Assembly (NCBI GenBank): GCA_965205265.1
Contig: CBDBGH010000003.1
Location: forward strand, 5,248,001-5,312,000
Direction: 5' to 3'
Length of the DNA: 64,000 nucleotides
Origin: Alphaproteobacteria bacterium
Lineage (GTDB): Bacteria; Pseudomonadota; Alphaproteobacteria; Bin95
The notes under the pieces were generated by a model, which made no database searches, had not been told where the DNA came from, and saw only the letters and a list, made by a program, of their open reading frames with translations. The translations under genes and the position numbers were made by a program. Positions 29,709 through 40,463 of the stretch are shown piece after piece (the first letter of the stretch is position 1; the number at the start of each line of letters is the position of its first letter).

Positions 29709-30830
29709 CTAGTGTCCTGATTCTGAAGTTTTGATGATTTTCATCTGGCGTTCGGCAGTTTCCAGCGTCCGCAGACAGAAGCGCTTGATGGTGGCAAGGA
29801 TGTCGTCGGCGGATTTGGTCCAGCGGAAGGGTCGCGGGTCGGCGTTGACGGTGTCGATGTAGTTCCGGATGGCCTGCTCGAGTTCCTGGGGCGAGCGATG
29901 AACCCCGCGCCTGAGCTGTTTCTCGGTCAAGAGTGCGAAGAAGCGCTCGACCTGGTTGAGCCAGGAGGCGCCGGTGGGCGTGAAGTGGACATGCCAGCGG
30001 GGATGCCGGGCCAGCCAACGCCGGACGGCGGGCGTCTTGTGGGTTGCGTAGTTGTCCATCACCAGATGGACGTCGAGTTCGCCGGGGACCTGGGCTTCGA
30101 GCGTGCGCAGGAACTTGAGGAACTCCCGGCTGCGGTGGCGCGGCAAGCACTGGCCGATGACCCGGCCGGTGGCGATGTCCAGCGCCGCGAACAGCGTGGT
30201 GGTGCCATGGCGCGTGTAGTCATGAGTACGCCGCTCGACCTGACCCGGCCGCATGGGAAGCAGCGGGCGGGAGCGGTCCAGAGCTTGGATCTGGCTCTTC
30301 TCATCGACGCAGAGCACCAGCGCGCGCTCGGGCGGGTCGAGATAGAGGCCGACAATGTCCCGCACCTTCTCCACAAACAGTGGGTCCGACGACAGCTTGA
30401 ACGTCTCCGAGCGATGCGGCTGCAGGCCGAAAGCCTGCCAGATGCGATGGATCGTCGAGGGCGCATAGCCTGCAGCGCGCGCCATCGAGCGCAGGCTCCA
30501 ATGCGTGCCGTCGGGGGGTGTTTCTTCCAGGGTGCGGGCAATGACCTCCGCAACCTCCTCGTCACCGATCTTGCGCGGAGCGCCCGGGCGCGGCTCGTCA
30601 TAGAGCCCGTCAAGCCCGCGCTCGGCAAAACGCCGCCGCCATTTGCCGACCGTATTCGCATCCGCTCCCAAGCGCGCAACTATCGCCTTGTTCTCCAGAC
30701 CCTCAGCAGCAGCCAGGACAATCCGAGCCCGACGCGCCAGTCCCTGCGCCGTCTTCCGACGCCGCGCCAAACCCTCCAACTCTCGTCGTTCTGCTGCCGA
30801 CAAAGTAATCGCGACCGCTGCTCTCCCCAC
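29709..30830 (-). CDS. IS630 family transposase
   Basis: [32 protein letters not shown]. Confidence 0.95.
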   Translation of the reverse strand: MGRAAVAITLSAAERRELEGLARRRKTAQGLARRARIVLAAAEGLENKAIVARLGADANTVGKWRRRFAERGLDGLYDEPRPGAPRKIGDEEVAEVIARTLEETPPDGTHWSLRSMARAAGYAPSTIHRIWQAFGLQPHRSETFKLSSDPLFVEKVRDIVGLYLDPPERALVLCVDEKSQIQALDRSRPLLPMRPGQVERRTHDYTRHGTTTLFAALDIATGRVIGQCLPRHRSREFLKFLRTLEAQVPGELDVHLVMDNYATHKTPAVRRWLARHPRWHVHFTPTGASWLNQVERFFALLTEKQLRRGVHRSPQELEQAIRNYIDTVNADPRPFRWTKSADDILATIKRFCLRTLETAERQMKIIKTSESGH

Positions 30831-30891
30831 CGGTCAGCCCTCCATCAAAACCGATAATCTTATTCTAATAAACTTCTCGATCAGGATACTA
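29710..30891 (-). mobile_element. IS630 family insertion sequence
   Basis: TIRs TAGTGTCCTGAT.. / ..ATCAGGATACTA with TA target duplication. Confidence 0.92.
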
Positions 30892-30946
30892 GATAGAATT
30901 TCTCGAAACGACGATGAATCGCGCAGTCGCGGTGAAAGGAGGGGCG

Positions 30947-31447
30947 ATGGGGACCAGAGCGCTGATCTGCGGCCGGACCGCTGAGGGGCCGCGGGCAATC
31001 CATGTCGGCTTTGACGGGGACCCGGAAGCCGCGGGGCTGCTCCTCGAGGAACATTACGCCACCCCGGAGGCCGTGGAGGAGCTTCTCGAGCTCGGGAACC
31101 TCCGGAGGCTCGGGGCGGTCCCGACCCTGTGCGAGCAGGCCAGCAGCCCGCAAGCCCTTCTGGTGAACATGGTCGATGACAATGCCTATGTGGGCGAGAG
31201 CCTCGTGTCGGCCATCAACGGCGGGGGAGCGCCCGGAGCTGCGTCCTTCGATATCGACTGGGCCTATGCGTTCGAGGACGGGTTCTGGGAGTGCATGCCC
31301 GGACCGTACGGCGCCACGCGCTGGGAAGGCATGTCCATCGACCAGGGAGTGGAAATGGTCCGTCAGGAACGGGACGATGCCGAAGCCGAAAACATGATGG
31401 CGATGGAATCCAACGAGGATGACCTGCCGTCGCCGGCACCGTGCTGA
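30947..31447 (+). CDS. Single-domain member of the MSTRS/DGYP family
   Basis: MGTRALIC...FDGDP..G.LL.EHY..ELLELG; WAY.F. Confidence 0.72.
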   Translation: MGTRALICGRTAEGPRAIHVGFDGDPEAAGLLLEEHYATPEAVEELLELGNLRRLGAVPTLCEQASSPQALLVNMVDDNAYVGESLVSAINGGGAPGAASFDIDWAYAFEDGFWECMPGPYGATRWEGMSIDQGVEMVRQERDDAEAENMMAMESNEDDLPSPAPC

Positions 31448-31477
31448 CACGGCCCCGGAACCAGCCGGGTGACGGCA

Positions 31478-31891
31478 ATGGATGACAGAGCCATGAAGGG
31501 CCATGTCCTGTCGGCGGCAGCAGTGGACTGCAAGAGGCTGTCGGGCCCCGCACTGCGGGCCTTCTTCCGCATTGCCTCATTATGGGGGCTGTCGATGGAA
31601 GAGCAGATGACGCTTCTGGGCGTGAGCGCGCATTCCGTCGTCTTCAGGTGGAAGAAGGATGCGGACGCGGTTCTCCCGAGGGATGCGCTGGAGCGCATCT
31701 CCTGCATGTTGGGTATCTACAAGGCCCTCCAGATCCTGCTGCCGGAGGAGAACGCGGCGCAGGAGTGGCCAAGGAGGCCGAACGGGGCGGTGCTGTTCGG
31801 GGGACGTGCGCCGCTCGCCAGGATGCTGTCGGGCCAGGCCGCGGACCTGTTCGCGGTGAGGCAGTATCTGGATGCTCATCGGGAGGGGTAG
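31478..31891 (+). CDS. MbcA/ParS/Xre-family antitoxin (no adjacent RES toxin)
   Basis: AFFRIA..WGLS..EQ..LLG; ERIS..LGIYKAL..L; W..RPN...FGG..P; VRQYLDA. Confidence 0.85.
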   Translation: MDDRAMKGHVLSAAAVDCKRLSGPALRAFFRIASLWGLSMEEQMTLLGVSAHSVVFRWKKDADAVLPRDALERISCMLGIYKALQILLPEENAAQEWPRRPNGAVLFGGRAPLARMLSGQAADLFAVRQYLDAHREG

Positions 31892-32013
31892 GTGTATTGA
31901 GGAGGCGGCGGAAGCTGCCTCCCGGGCCGGCAAATGGAGCTGTGGAGGCACTCTTGCCGGGGTTGGTTCCGCAAATCAGAGCGTCACGGACCTTCGCGCC
32001 ATATACGGCGTCC

Positions 32014-32201
32014 CTTCAATGGTGGAGCGGGCGTGAAGCCCGCTGAAACGCCCCCATCATGGTGACGGAGCTGGATGCTCATCGTCCGCCTTCAATGTGT
32101 GGAGCGGGCCCGAGGCCCGCTGAAACACTGCGCTGCCAGCGGGGCTCGTTTCAAGATCACGCCCCTTCAATGGGTGGAGCGGGCGCGAGACCCGCTGAAA
32201 C
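32014..32201 (-). CRISPR. Mini CRISPR-like array: 3 imperfect 36-37-bp repeats, 2 spacers (40 and 38 bp)
   Basis: CTTCAATG..TGGAGCGGGC..GCCCGCTGAAAC at 32014, 32090, 32165; minus strand ends ATTGAAG. Confidence 0.85.
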
Positions 32202-32295
32202 ACCCTCCGGCCTCCCAACCCCTTGGCGGGCAAAGGTTGACGGGGCGGTTTTCGAGCGGTCCCCGCGGTTTTGGTATCGCCGAACCGGTCGAAAC
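32202..32295 (-). promoter_or_regulatory. CRISPR leader-like sequence
   Basis: AACCCCTTG...CAA.GG...TTTTCGAGCGGT shared with 47695-47740. Confidence 0.65.
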
Positions 32296-32661
32296 GGACT
32301 GGCGGTTCGATAGCGGCCGGCAGGCATCACGCATCACCACTGCCAGCGGCACCCGGCCAGGCCACAACGGAGGATCGACAATGTCAAAACAGCCACCGGG
32401 CAAGCCGGAGGCTCCAGCATAGCGCCACCGAGCGCAAATACACATGGACCGTGGTCGGGATCCGCTTCACGCGGGAGGAACGCCGAAGGGTCGGTGGCTG
32501 GATAGACGGACCGCGGCTGGCCGTCCGTCGGCTTGGCGTTGCACAAGGGGTTGGCCGAAGGGTCTTGCAAAGACCCGAACGGCCCTGGGGCTTTGGGTTT
32601 TCAGCGGCATCGGAGACAATCCTTCCCCTGGGCCATTTGCGGTGCTGGAGAGAGGGCCTGG

Positions 32662-33270
32662 ATGCCGGATTTTGCAATCGTTTCCGAACAGGATCTGCGC
32701 GAATGGCTTGCCGCGGGCGGAGACCCGAACGAGAGAAATTCGCGCGGGACGTCTGCTCTGGCCCGGGCGGCCGTGAGGGATAATACAGCTGCTGTGCGAT
32801 TGTTGCTCGACGCCGGCGCGGATCCGAACGCCCGGGGCTGGAAGAACGAGACGGCGCTGATGAGGGCGGCCGTCAACGGGCATCTCGAGGTCATGGCGAT
32901 GCTGCTCGAGGCCGGGGCGGACAGCGGCGCGGTCGAGGAGGAATGGGGGGATACGGCCCTGCACAGGGCAGTCCTCGGCGAACATCCGGCCGCGGTGGAC
33001 GTCCTGCTTTCGGCCGGCGCGGACGCGGAAGCCCGCGACAATGGCGGACATACCCCCCTGCACAGGGCCGCGGAACGGGGCGATGGCGGGATGATCCAGG
33101 CGCTGCTGGGATATGGCGTCAGGCCGGACCCGTCCAACGATGAGGGCAGAACGCCGGAAGACATGGCCAGGGCGGGCGGATATCCGGTGGCGGCGGAGAT
33201 GCTGGTCGCCGCCACCCGGCCGGAGCGGCCCGGGGAGACGGGCGGCCTGCCCGAGCCGGGGCGGACATAG
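32662..33270 (+). CDS. Ankyrin repeat protein
   Basis: TAL.RAA / TPLHRAA ... LL.AGAD repeats. Confidence 0.9.
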   Translation: MPDFAIVSEQDLREWLAAGGDPNERNSRGTSALARAAVRDNTAAVRLLLDAGADPNARGWKNETALMRAAVNGHLEVMAMLLEAGADSGAVEEEWGDTALHRAVLGEHPAAVDVLLSAGADAEARDNGGHTPLHRAAERGDGGMIQALLGYGVRPDPSNDEGRTPEDMARAGGYPVAAEMLVAATRPERPGETGGLPEPGRT

Positions 33271-33366
33271 CGCCTTCGGACGGCGGCATTTTCACGGATA
33301 TGCTTTAGCATCTTGGCCGACCATGGGCATATGAATGGCCCGGTGCCGGGAAGAAGGGTTTGACCG

Positions 33367-34383
33367 ATGGCGACACGCTGTGTGATTTGCGCGAACCGGC
33401 TGGATGGAGGCCGTCCGCAGGTGAACTTCATCCACTACGATGGCTATCCGGACAACAACGGCGTCGGCGAACGCCTGTTGAGGCACTATTCGACGCCAGG
33501 GGCTGTCGAGGAACTGGTCGGGCTGGGAGACCTCGTTGCCCTGGGAAACACGCCGGGCGAATGCGAACGGCGGGAACCAGCCGGGTCCCGCTTGTTCCCG
33601 GCCGAGCGGCACGGCGGTGAGCCCTTGGGGACAACGCTGCTCCGTGCTGTCGAACACGCCTTCGATGTGGAATGGGCCTATCTCTTCGACGGCGAGCGCT
33701 GGGAGTGTATGGCAGGTCCGGCCCGCGCCGCGGAGTGGCGCGGTGTGCCGGTCGACGAGACAGTGCGGCGCCTGAAGATCTGGGACAGGTTCCCCTTCGA
33801 CCGATTCGAGACTCTCGAGGCGGGGAAGGTGCCGGACGCGGTCGAAGGGCTCCGGGCGACCGCCGCCGACACCGGCGAACTCGACAATCCCTGGTGGTTC
33901 CGTCATGCCGTGGGACTTGCGGCGTACGGAAACAATCGCGAGGGCCTGAAAGCCCTGCTGGACATGGCGGCGGAATTCGACCCGGTCGCAAAGGGCGCGG
34001 ACAGGAGGCTTGCAAGCCACGCGCTGTGTTGGGCCGTCGAGTCGCCGCGGTCGGAGGAGGCCACGGTGCAATTGCTGCTGGATGCCGGGGCGGATCCCAA
34101 CGCATCCAGGGGGAAGGGTCGGCCATCGGTCCTGCACAGGGCGCTTGACTGGGGCTATATGCTCAAGGAGGGAGTGGTCCTTCGCCTGGTCGAGGCTGGC
34201 GCCGATGCCGCCGCGCCGGATGACTGGAAGGCGAGAACGGCTCTGGAGCGAATGCTGCATCTGGACGGCAAGGGTCTGGAGGACCGGCAGACGCCGATCA
34301 ACCTGAAGGAGGCGATCACGGCAGCCGAAAGGCAAGTCGGGCGCCAGACCGAAAGTGACCTGCCGTCGCCCGCGCCATCCTGA
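33367..34383 (+). CDS. MSTRS/DGYP-family domain fused to ankyrin-like repeats
   Basis: MATRCVIC..HYDGYP N-terminus; LLDAGADPN and LVEAGAD in C-terminal half. Confidence 0.78.
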   Translation: MATRCVICANRLDGGRPQVNFIHYDGYPDNNGVGERLLRHYSTPGAVEELVGLGDLVALGNTPGECERREPAGSRLFPAERHGGEPLGTTLLRAVEHAFDVEWAYLFDGERWECMAGPARAAEWRGVPVDETVRRLKIWDRFPFDRFETLEAGKVPDAVEGLRATAADTGELDNPWWFRHAVGLAAYGNNREGLKALLDMAAEFDPVAKGADRRLASHALCWAVESPRSEEATVQLLLDAGADPNASRGKGRPSVLHRALDWGYMLKEGVVLRLVEAGADAAAPDDWKARTALERMLHLDGKGLEDRQTPINLKEAITAAERQVGRQTESDLPSPAPS

Positions 34384-34422
34384 GGGGGCGTCAGGCGCCC
34401 GGGCCGGGCACAGGGATAGACA

Positions 34423-35355
34423 GTGGAGGGCAGTTTCGTGGACCAGACGGGGATGACACGGTTCAGGAGCGCCACGGCAGAGGATGTCCGGGCGATGCTC
34501 GCGGACGAACTGGCGGAGGATATAGACCGGGAGGACGGGTTCTGGATGACGGCCTCCCTCTATGCGGCCAATACGGGAAACAATGCCGCCCTGAAAACAC
34601 TTCTCGACGCCGGCGCCGATCCGAACCATTGCGGCGGTCCGCCAATGCAACCGATTCTGCATTTCGCTGCCGGCTCGAAGGAGGCGGATGCGGAGACCGT
34701 GACCCTGCTTCTCGAAGCCGGTGCCGATCCGGACGCACCCGGCGGGAGCCTCGCTACAACGGCCCTTCAGGAGGTGCTGTCCCGGACCGATGAGGGGCCG
34801 ACCTCGGAGATCGCGCTAAAGCTGCTGGAGCATGGCGCATCCTGCGACCGGGGCGAGGGGTACCGGCATGTGTCACCGCCGCTGGGCCTCGCGGTCCGCT
34901 ACAACCGCGATCCCGCGGTCATCCGGGCCCTTCTCGACCGCGGGGCGGACCCCGACACGGTCGGCGGCAGGTCACACGCGCCGGCGCTGCACGACGCTCT
35001 TCGGGAAAGAAGGGAAGACGAACTCACGGCTGAAATCGTCGATATTCTCCTGGCTGCAGGCGCCGACCCGAACAGCAGGGACAAGGCGGACGCGCTGCTT
35101 GCGGCGGGCGCGGATGCGACCATCACCGACCAGGCGGGCAGGACTGCCCTGCACTATGCGTGCGAGTCCCCGCACAGGGGAGACGGGATGATCCGCCTGC
35201 TGGTGAAAACCGGTCTCAATCCGCTTGAGCGGGACGGCCAGGGCATGACAGCGATGGAGCTGGCTATCGAGGCCGAATGGCCGGAGAGCACCATGGCGAT
35301 GTTGGGCAGGGCCATGGGCCGTGAGGCGGACGCCGCGGCCGGACCGACGATGTAA
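34423..35355 (+). CDS. Ankyrin repeat protein
   Basis: Multiple LLxAGADP repeats; GRTALHYA. Confidence 0.88.
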   Translation: MEGSFVDQTGMTRFRSATAEDVRAMLADELAEDIDREDGFWMTASLYAANTGNNAALKTLLDAGADPNHCGGPPMQPILHFAAGSKEADAETVTLLLEAGADPDAPGGSLATTALQEVLSRTDEGPTSEIALKLLEHGASCDRGEGYRHVSPPLGLAVRYNRDPAVIRALLDRGADPDTVGGRSHAPALHDALRERREDELTAEIVDILLAAGADPNSRDKADALLAAGADATITDQAGRTALHYACESPHRGDGMIRLLVKTGLNPLERDGQGMTAMELAIEAEWPESTMAMLGRAMGREADAAAGPTM

Positions 35356-35449
35356 TCCCTCCTCTGCCCCGGCGCCTGACAAGAGAGCGACCGGAAGGCA
35401 GGACAGGCCTCATACAGGTGCTCCATATGGCCGGGGACGGCCTTGGCGG

Positions 35450-35668
35450 TCACTGCGACGGGACCGGCCATATGGAGGGCCTGTAGTCGAAAAGTCCGGT
35501 GTCCGGAAGCAGGGAGATGGCGAACAGGAAAAGGCTGCCCGTCAACAGGCAGACGGCGGACATTGCCATCGCGGCGCCGCGGCGTTCGTGTTTCATGGAG
35601 CGGCGCAGGTAAAGGACGGCATAAATGACGGCAACCAGCAGGAAGACAGTGCCAATGGATGTGAGCAT
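35450..35668 (-). CDS. Small two-TM membrane protein
   Basis: Two hydrophobic helices. Confidence 0.5.
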   Translation of the reverse strand: MLTSIGTVFLLVAVIYAVLYLRRSMKHERRGAAMAMSAVCLLTGSLFLFAISLLPDTGLFDYRPSIWPVPSQ

Positions 35669-36351
35669 GAACGAAAAGGGGTTCGATAACGGAGTGATCC
35701 GGAACAGAAGATCGGAGGTATCGGGAACGTTGCCGTAGGGGGCGGCGGGCGTCCCGCCGAGGGGGATTGCGGCGGAGGCGGCAAGGACCGCCACGAGCCG
35801 GATGCCGCGACGACATGCCGGCCGGGTGGCGGGGCGGTCCTTGTCCGGGGGCCGGTGCATACAGGGATATGCCGGGATGTTCGCCCGGATGGCAAGGGAT
35901 GCCGACTATCGGGTCCCCGGGAATTCCCGTTGGCCGGGCGGTTTTATGGGGAAACCGGGGCGAAAGCGTACGCGGCTGGAATTCAAAGGCGATAATATCG
36001 CCGGGAGGTCACCTGGTACAGGAATGGAGCCGACATGCAGGTCAACATGGAAATAGCCGAAGCGCGGGAAGGAGAGGTCCTCATCGTTGCGCCGTCCGGA
36101 CGTCTCGACAGCGCATCGTCGCCGGTCCTTGAGGGCCGCCTGAAGCAGAAGATCGGAAGCGGCGAAGCCAGGGCCCTCCTGCTCGACCTGGCTGGCCTGG
36201 CCTATATGAGTTCGGCGGGCATGCGGGTGCTCATGCTTGCAGCGAGGTCGAGCAAGTCCGAAGGCGTAGCCTTTGCCCTCTGCGGCGTGCGGCCGGAGGT
36301 CAACCAGATCCTGGCCATGAGCGGAATGGACCGGCTCTACACCTTCTACGA

Positions 36352-37688
36352 GGGGCTTACAAAGGTAAGTTGACATTGCCGTGTATCGTATCCAGTTCGG
36401 CCGCATGAGCGAGGTCTTCACGCACCGTCAGGTGGTATTCCGGCTTCTGCCGGGCCGCCGGTCCGTTTGGCGGCGTCTGGAGCGGGTTCTGGAGGCGCAG
36501 CGGCAGTTGTACAACGCCGCCCTTCAGGAACGCTGCGACGCCTGGCATCTGGCCGGGCGGTCGCTCTCCTATATCGACCAGGCGAAGAGCCTGACGGTGT
36601 GCCGCCGGGAGGACCCCGAGATGGCGGCCGTTCCGGTCGCCGTGCAGCGCGGGACGCTGAAGCGCCTGGACGAGGCGATGAAGGGCTTCTTCCGGCGGGT
36701 GAAGGCGGGCCAGAAGCCGGGTTTTCCCCGGTTCCGGTCCCGCCGGCGGTTCGACAGCCTCTCCTTCGTCTCGGGGGTGAGGCTGGAGGACCGGGCCCGG
36801 CCCGGCGCGGACTGCGGGTCCGGCGCGGCCTGCCTGCGCCTTCCGGGTTTCGGCCCGCTTGCGGTCCGCCAGCGGGGCGGCAACCCGCATGGGGATGGCG
36901 AGCCGGTCTCGGCGGTGCTGAAGCGCGAGGCCGGCAAGTGGTACGCCGTGGTCTGCTACCGGGTCCCGGCGCCGGCGGTCCACGAGGATGACGACAGCGT
37001 CATCGGGGTGGACATGAACGCTGGCCAGGTGGCGGCGAGCGGTCCGGGGCCGGAAGCCCGCCTGTTCCATGCCCCGGATACGCGGCGGCTGGAGGCGAGG
37101 GCGAAGCGCCTTGCCCGGCGTCTGGCGCGCCAGAAGCGCGGCTCCGGGCGCCGGGAGCGCACCCGCGCCCGTCTGGCGAAGACGAGGCGGCGCCTTTCCG
37201 GGATGCGGTGCGACTGGCGCCACCATGTCTCGCGGACAGTCGCCGACGCCGCCCATACCGTCGCCGTCGAGGACCTCCGGGTCCGGAACATGACGCGCAG
37301 CGCCCGGGGCACGACAGAGGAGCCGGGCGCCCGGGTCCGGCAGAAGGCCGGGCTCAACCGCGTCATCCTGGCCACGGGATGGGCGGAACTGCGCTTCATG
37401 TTCGGCTACAAGGCGGGACGGCTGCTCGCGGTCGACCCGGCCCATACCAGCCGGACCTGCGCCGCCTGCGGCCATGTCGATGCCGGCTCGCGGCGTTCGC
37501 GGGCCGAATTCCAGTGCACGGCCTGCGGCCATGCGGACCATGCCGACGCGAATGCCGGCAGCAACATCCGGCGTCGGGGACTGGCGCTGCTGCACGGGGA
37601 GGGGCGTTCCGGCTTGCGGACCCCTGCGATCCGTGAAAACGCAGGGATGCTGGCGGCATGACGCCGTCAACTCATCTTTGTAAGGCCC
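36352..37688 (+). mobile_element. Non-autonomous TIR element carrying tnpB, copy 2
   Basis: Same TIRs; 8-bp TSD TTCTACGA; two amino-acid differences from copies 1 and 3. Confidence 0.95.
36405..37661 (+). CDS. tnpB: TnpB endonuclease
   Basis: As copy 1, with R>H and R>Q substitutions. Confidence 0.93.
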   Translation: MSEVFTHRQVVFRLLPGRRSVWRRLERVLEAQRQLYNAALQERCDAWHLAGRSLSYIDQAKSLTVCRREDPEMAAVPVAVQRGTLKRLDEAMKGFFRRVKAGQKPGFPRFRSRRRFDSLSFVSGVRLEDRARPGADCGSGAACLRLPGFGPLAVRQRGGNPHGDGEPVSAVLKREAGKWYAVVCYRVPAPAVHEDDDSVIGVDMNAGQVAASGPGPEARLFHAPDTRRLEARAKRLARRLARQKRGSGRRERTRARLAKTRRRLSGMRCDWRHHVSRTVADAAHTVAVEDLRVRNMTRSARGTTEEPGARVRQKAGLNRVILATGWAELRFMFGYKAGRLLAVDPAHTSRTCAACGHVDAGSRRSRAEFQCTACGHADHADANAGSNIRRRGLALLHGEGRSGLRTPAIRENAGMLAA

Positions 37689-37726
37689 TTCTACGATGAC
37701 CGTGAGGCTGGCGTGGCGGGTATGGC

Positions 37727-38389
37727 GTGATGCGGAAATTGAGCTTTCCCGAAGAAATCCTGCTGCTGATGCTTCATGACGAGGACGGCAGTTTTCTGCC
37801 GGTTCCGGAAATGTCGATGAGGTGCGCCCTGGCGGGCGCCGTGCTGATGGAACTGGCCCAGGCGGCCCGCATCGACACCGACACCGAGAAGTTCTTTCTC
37901 GTCAATACGGAGCCGACAGGCAACGGTCTCCTCGACACGACGCTGAAGCGCATAGCGGAAGCCGACGGGGACCGCAGCACGCGCTATTGGGTCGAGAGCG
38001 TCTCGAGCGAGGCTGACCGGATCCGCGAGGAAGCGCTTGCGGGTCTGGTCGACAAGGGCATCCTCAGCCGCGAGGAGGACCGTCTCCTGTGGGTATTCGG
38101 CTCGCGGCGCTATCCGATCATCGACGGCGATGCCGAAAGGGAGGTCAAGCTGCGGGTGCTCGGTGTGCTGCGGGATCCGGAAGAGATCCCGGATCCGCGC
38201 GACGCCGTCATTATCGGCCTCTGCAATTGCTGCGGGCTTTTCGCCGAAATGCTGTCGGCCCAGGAGTTGCACAGCCTGCAGGGCCGGATCAACGAGATCA
38301 GCGGCTACGACCTTATAGGCCAGGCCGTGGCGAAATCGATCCGCGACATCCAGGTCTCCCTTGACGCGGCCACCCACCCGTTTGCCTGA
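37727..38389 (+). CDS. GPP34/GOLPH3 family protein
   Basis: LS..EE.LLL.L.D..G; LAGAVL.EL; L...GIL..E....LW.F...RYP. Confidence 0.82.
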   Translation: MMRKLSFPEEILLLMLHDEDGSFLPVPEMSMRCALAGAVLMELAQAARIDTDTEKFFLVNTEPTGNGLLDTTLKRIAEADGDRSTRYWVESVSSEADRIREEALAGLVDKGILSREEDRLLWVFGSRRYPIIDGDAEREVKLRVLGVLRDPEEIPDPRDAVIIGLCNCCGLFAEMLSAQELHSLQGRINEISGYDLIGQAVAKSIRDIQVSLDAATHPFA

Positions 38390-38792
38390 ACCCCGGCGTC
38401 GCCAGCGTGTCCCGTAAGGGGCGCGCCGAAGGCGACTGCAGCTTTACCGTGTGGATGGGGATATGCGCAGGACCCTGGCGGTGAGGTTGCCCGCTTCCGA
38501 TATGGTAGAAAACTAGACAGCCAGCGAGAGAGGATGTAGAATACTAGACACACTGGCCAGGCCGGCGGCCAGGGTGACGGGCCGGAAGGCCCCGGCGAAT
38601 GGGGAGGAAGCCATGCCGCGTCTGAATTGGGCGTCTTTCAAGTCCATCGTCCCGGTTGCGCTGTCCCTGCGGAGAGAGCACTGGGACCTGTTTTCCCGTG
38701 TTAGCGACGGTTAGGAAGGGCGTTTATTTGCTGGCGCGGAACGGCCGGTTTGTGCGGCTTGCGAGCAGCGTCGCATGGGTTAGGTGTTGCGT

Positions 38793-39685
38793 TCATCTGA
38801 TTGGGCGGTCATCGGTTTCGAGCGGCTCGCCGTCGCGGTCACGGATGAGCATGTCGTTCCAGTCCTGGTTTTCGAGGGCCGGTCGCATTCGGACGATTCT
38901 TGTGTCGTTGTCTTGCATGCGGCGGGCGGCGTGATCGCCGTATCGTGTAGCGTCCCAGGCACAGAAGATACGGCGCGGGTTCCAGGCCTCGACCCATTTG
39001 GGGATTCTGGCCGTGATGGCGCCGGTGGAGACGACGGCGCATTTGCTGCGTTTTTCCGGGACGAGGTGGAGGGAGAGGATCGACAGGGCGTCGAGGGCGC
39101 TGCCGGTGAGGATGACGGTGCCGGGCCAGTCGGGCTCCCATGACATCCAGAAGCCGCCGTCTGCGGCCGGCTCCTGCGCTGCGGGGAGGGTCTCTATGCC
39201 GACCACCTTGCTGGCGGCGTTTCGGCGGAGGAACACGGGATTGCCGCGCCGGTCGGCACGGATCAGGCCGAGGCCTCGGCATAGCTCGACGAGCGCGTCG
39301 GCGAGGCCGCGCTGCTCGATGAGGTATTGCCGCAGCGCCGGCCAGCGAGGTCCTGGCACGAGGGCTCCGCCTCACAGCGACTGTTCGGGAGCCGTGAGTG
39401 GCGCGGCAGTTGGGCGAGGAAGTCGAGGGCTTCGGTCGTTGGGCATCCGAGCGCATGAACCGCCAGCTGGATGGCCCCGGCGCCTCCCTCTCCGCGCAGA
39501 TGGTCGTAGAACATGAAGCGGTTGATGGAGAGGACCGAACCGGCTCGTCTCCAGCGCGCGGCATCGGCGGGATCGCGGCGATAGCCGAGGGCGTGGACCA
39601 CGTCTTCGAGGGGGCAGCTTCGCAGCCCCTCGGCCCGCAGGCGGCGATCCCATGGATGCAGATGCTGCACGGCTGGCTCAGGCAT
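38793..39685 (-). pseudogene. DUF3991/Toprim-like passenger gene, frameshifted near 39350
   Basis: GGAGAIQL N-terminal part in one frame; YL..RG, SALDALS, STG, DWND in another. Confidence 0.6.
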
Positions 39686-40463
39686 CCCCCGTGTCTTGCG
39701 CCGTGCTCTTGCCCGCTCCTTTTGCCGATCGCCGCCGGCGGCGATCGGCGCTGCGCTGCTTCTGGCGTTCCTCGGCCTCCTTGCGGCGGTATGAGTCGCC
39801 GTCGATGGCGAGGATCTCGGCATTGTGGACGAGCCGGTCGACAAGGGCCACGAGGCAGGCGGCGTTGGGGAAGGCCTCGCTCCACTCGGCGAAGGGGCGG
39901 TTTGTGGTGATGATGGTGGAGCGCTGCTGGCTGCGGCTTGAGACGATATTGAACAGCAGGTCGGCATGACGGTTGGAGTAGGAGAGATATCCGACTTCGT
40001 CGATGACCAGGAGGTGCTGGCGGGCGTAGAAGCGCAGCCTGCGCTGGAGCATTGTGTCGGAGTCGATGGCGGCGAGCTCGCCGAGCAGGCTGGCGGCGGT
40101 TGCGAAGCGCACGGTGTGGCCTTCGAGGACGGCGCGGTGTGCGATATTGGCGGCGATTGTGGACTTGCCGACGCCGTTGGGGCCGATGAGGACGACATTG
40201 GCGCCCTCGCGGAGGAAGTTGAGGGTCATGAGGTCCTCGACGGCCATGCGGTCGCATCGCCTTGGCCAGTCCCAGTCGAAGTCGGCGAGCGGCTTGAACT
40301 GTCCGAGGCGGGCGGCGGTGAGGCGTCGCCTGAGGCTTCGGCTTCGCCTCTCTTCCTCTTCCCATGCGATCAGGGGCGGGAGCCAGTCGCGCTCCGCAAC
40401 CTCGCTCCAGTGGGCGAGGAGGCCGTGCAGTCCGAGCGCCGTGGCGCGGTCCTTGAGGGTCAT
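39678..40463 (-). CDS. istB: IS21 helper ATPase
   Basis: [28 protein letters not shown]. Confidence 0.95.
   Translation of the reverse strand: MTLKDRATALGLHGLLAHWSEVAERDWLPPLIAWEEEERRSRSLRRRLTAARLGQFKPLADFDWDWPRRCDRMAVEDLMTLNFLREGANVVLIGPNGVGKSTIAANIAHRAVLEGHTVRFATAASLLGELAAIDSDTMLQRRLRFYARQHLLVIDEVGYLSYSNRHADLLFNIVSSRSQQRSTIITTNRPFAEWSEAFPNAACLVALVDRLVHNAEILAIDGDSYRRKEAEERQKQRSADRRRRRSAKGAGKSTAQDTGDA

Larger units (their letters stand above)
36035..37730 (+). pseudogene. STAS anti-sigma-factor antagonist, C-terminus displaced by the TnpB-TIR element
   Basis: GRLDS, LDLAGLAYMSSAGMRVL; original tail FYDDREAGVAGMA* resumes at 37689. Confidence 0.85.
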
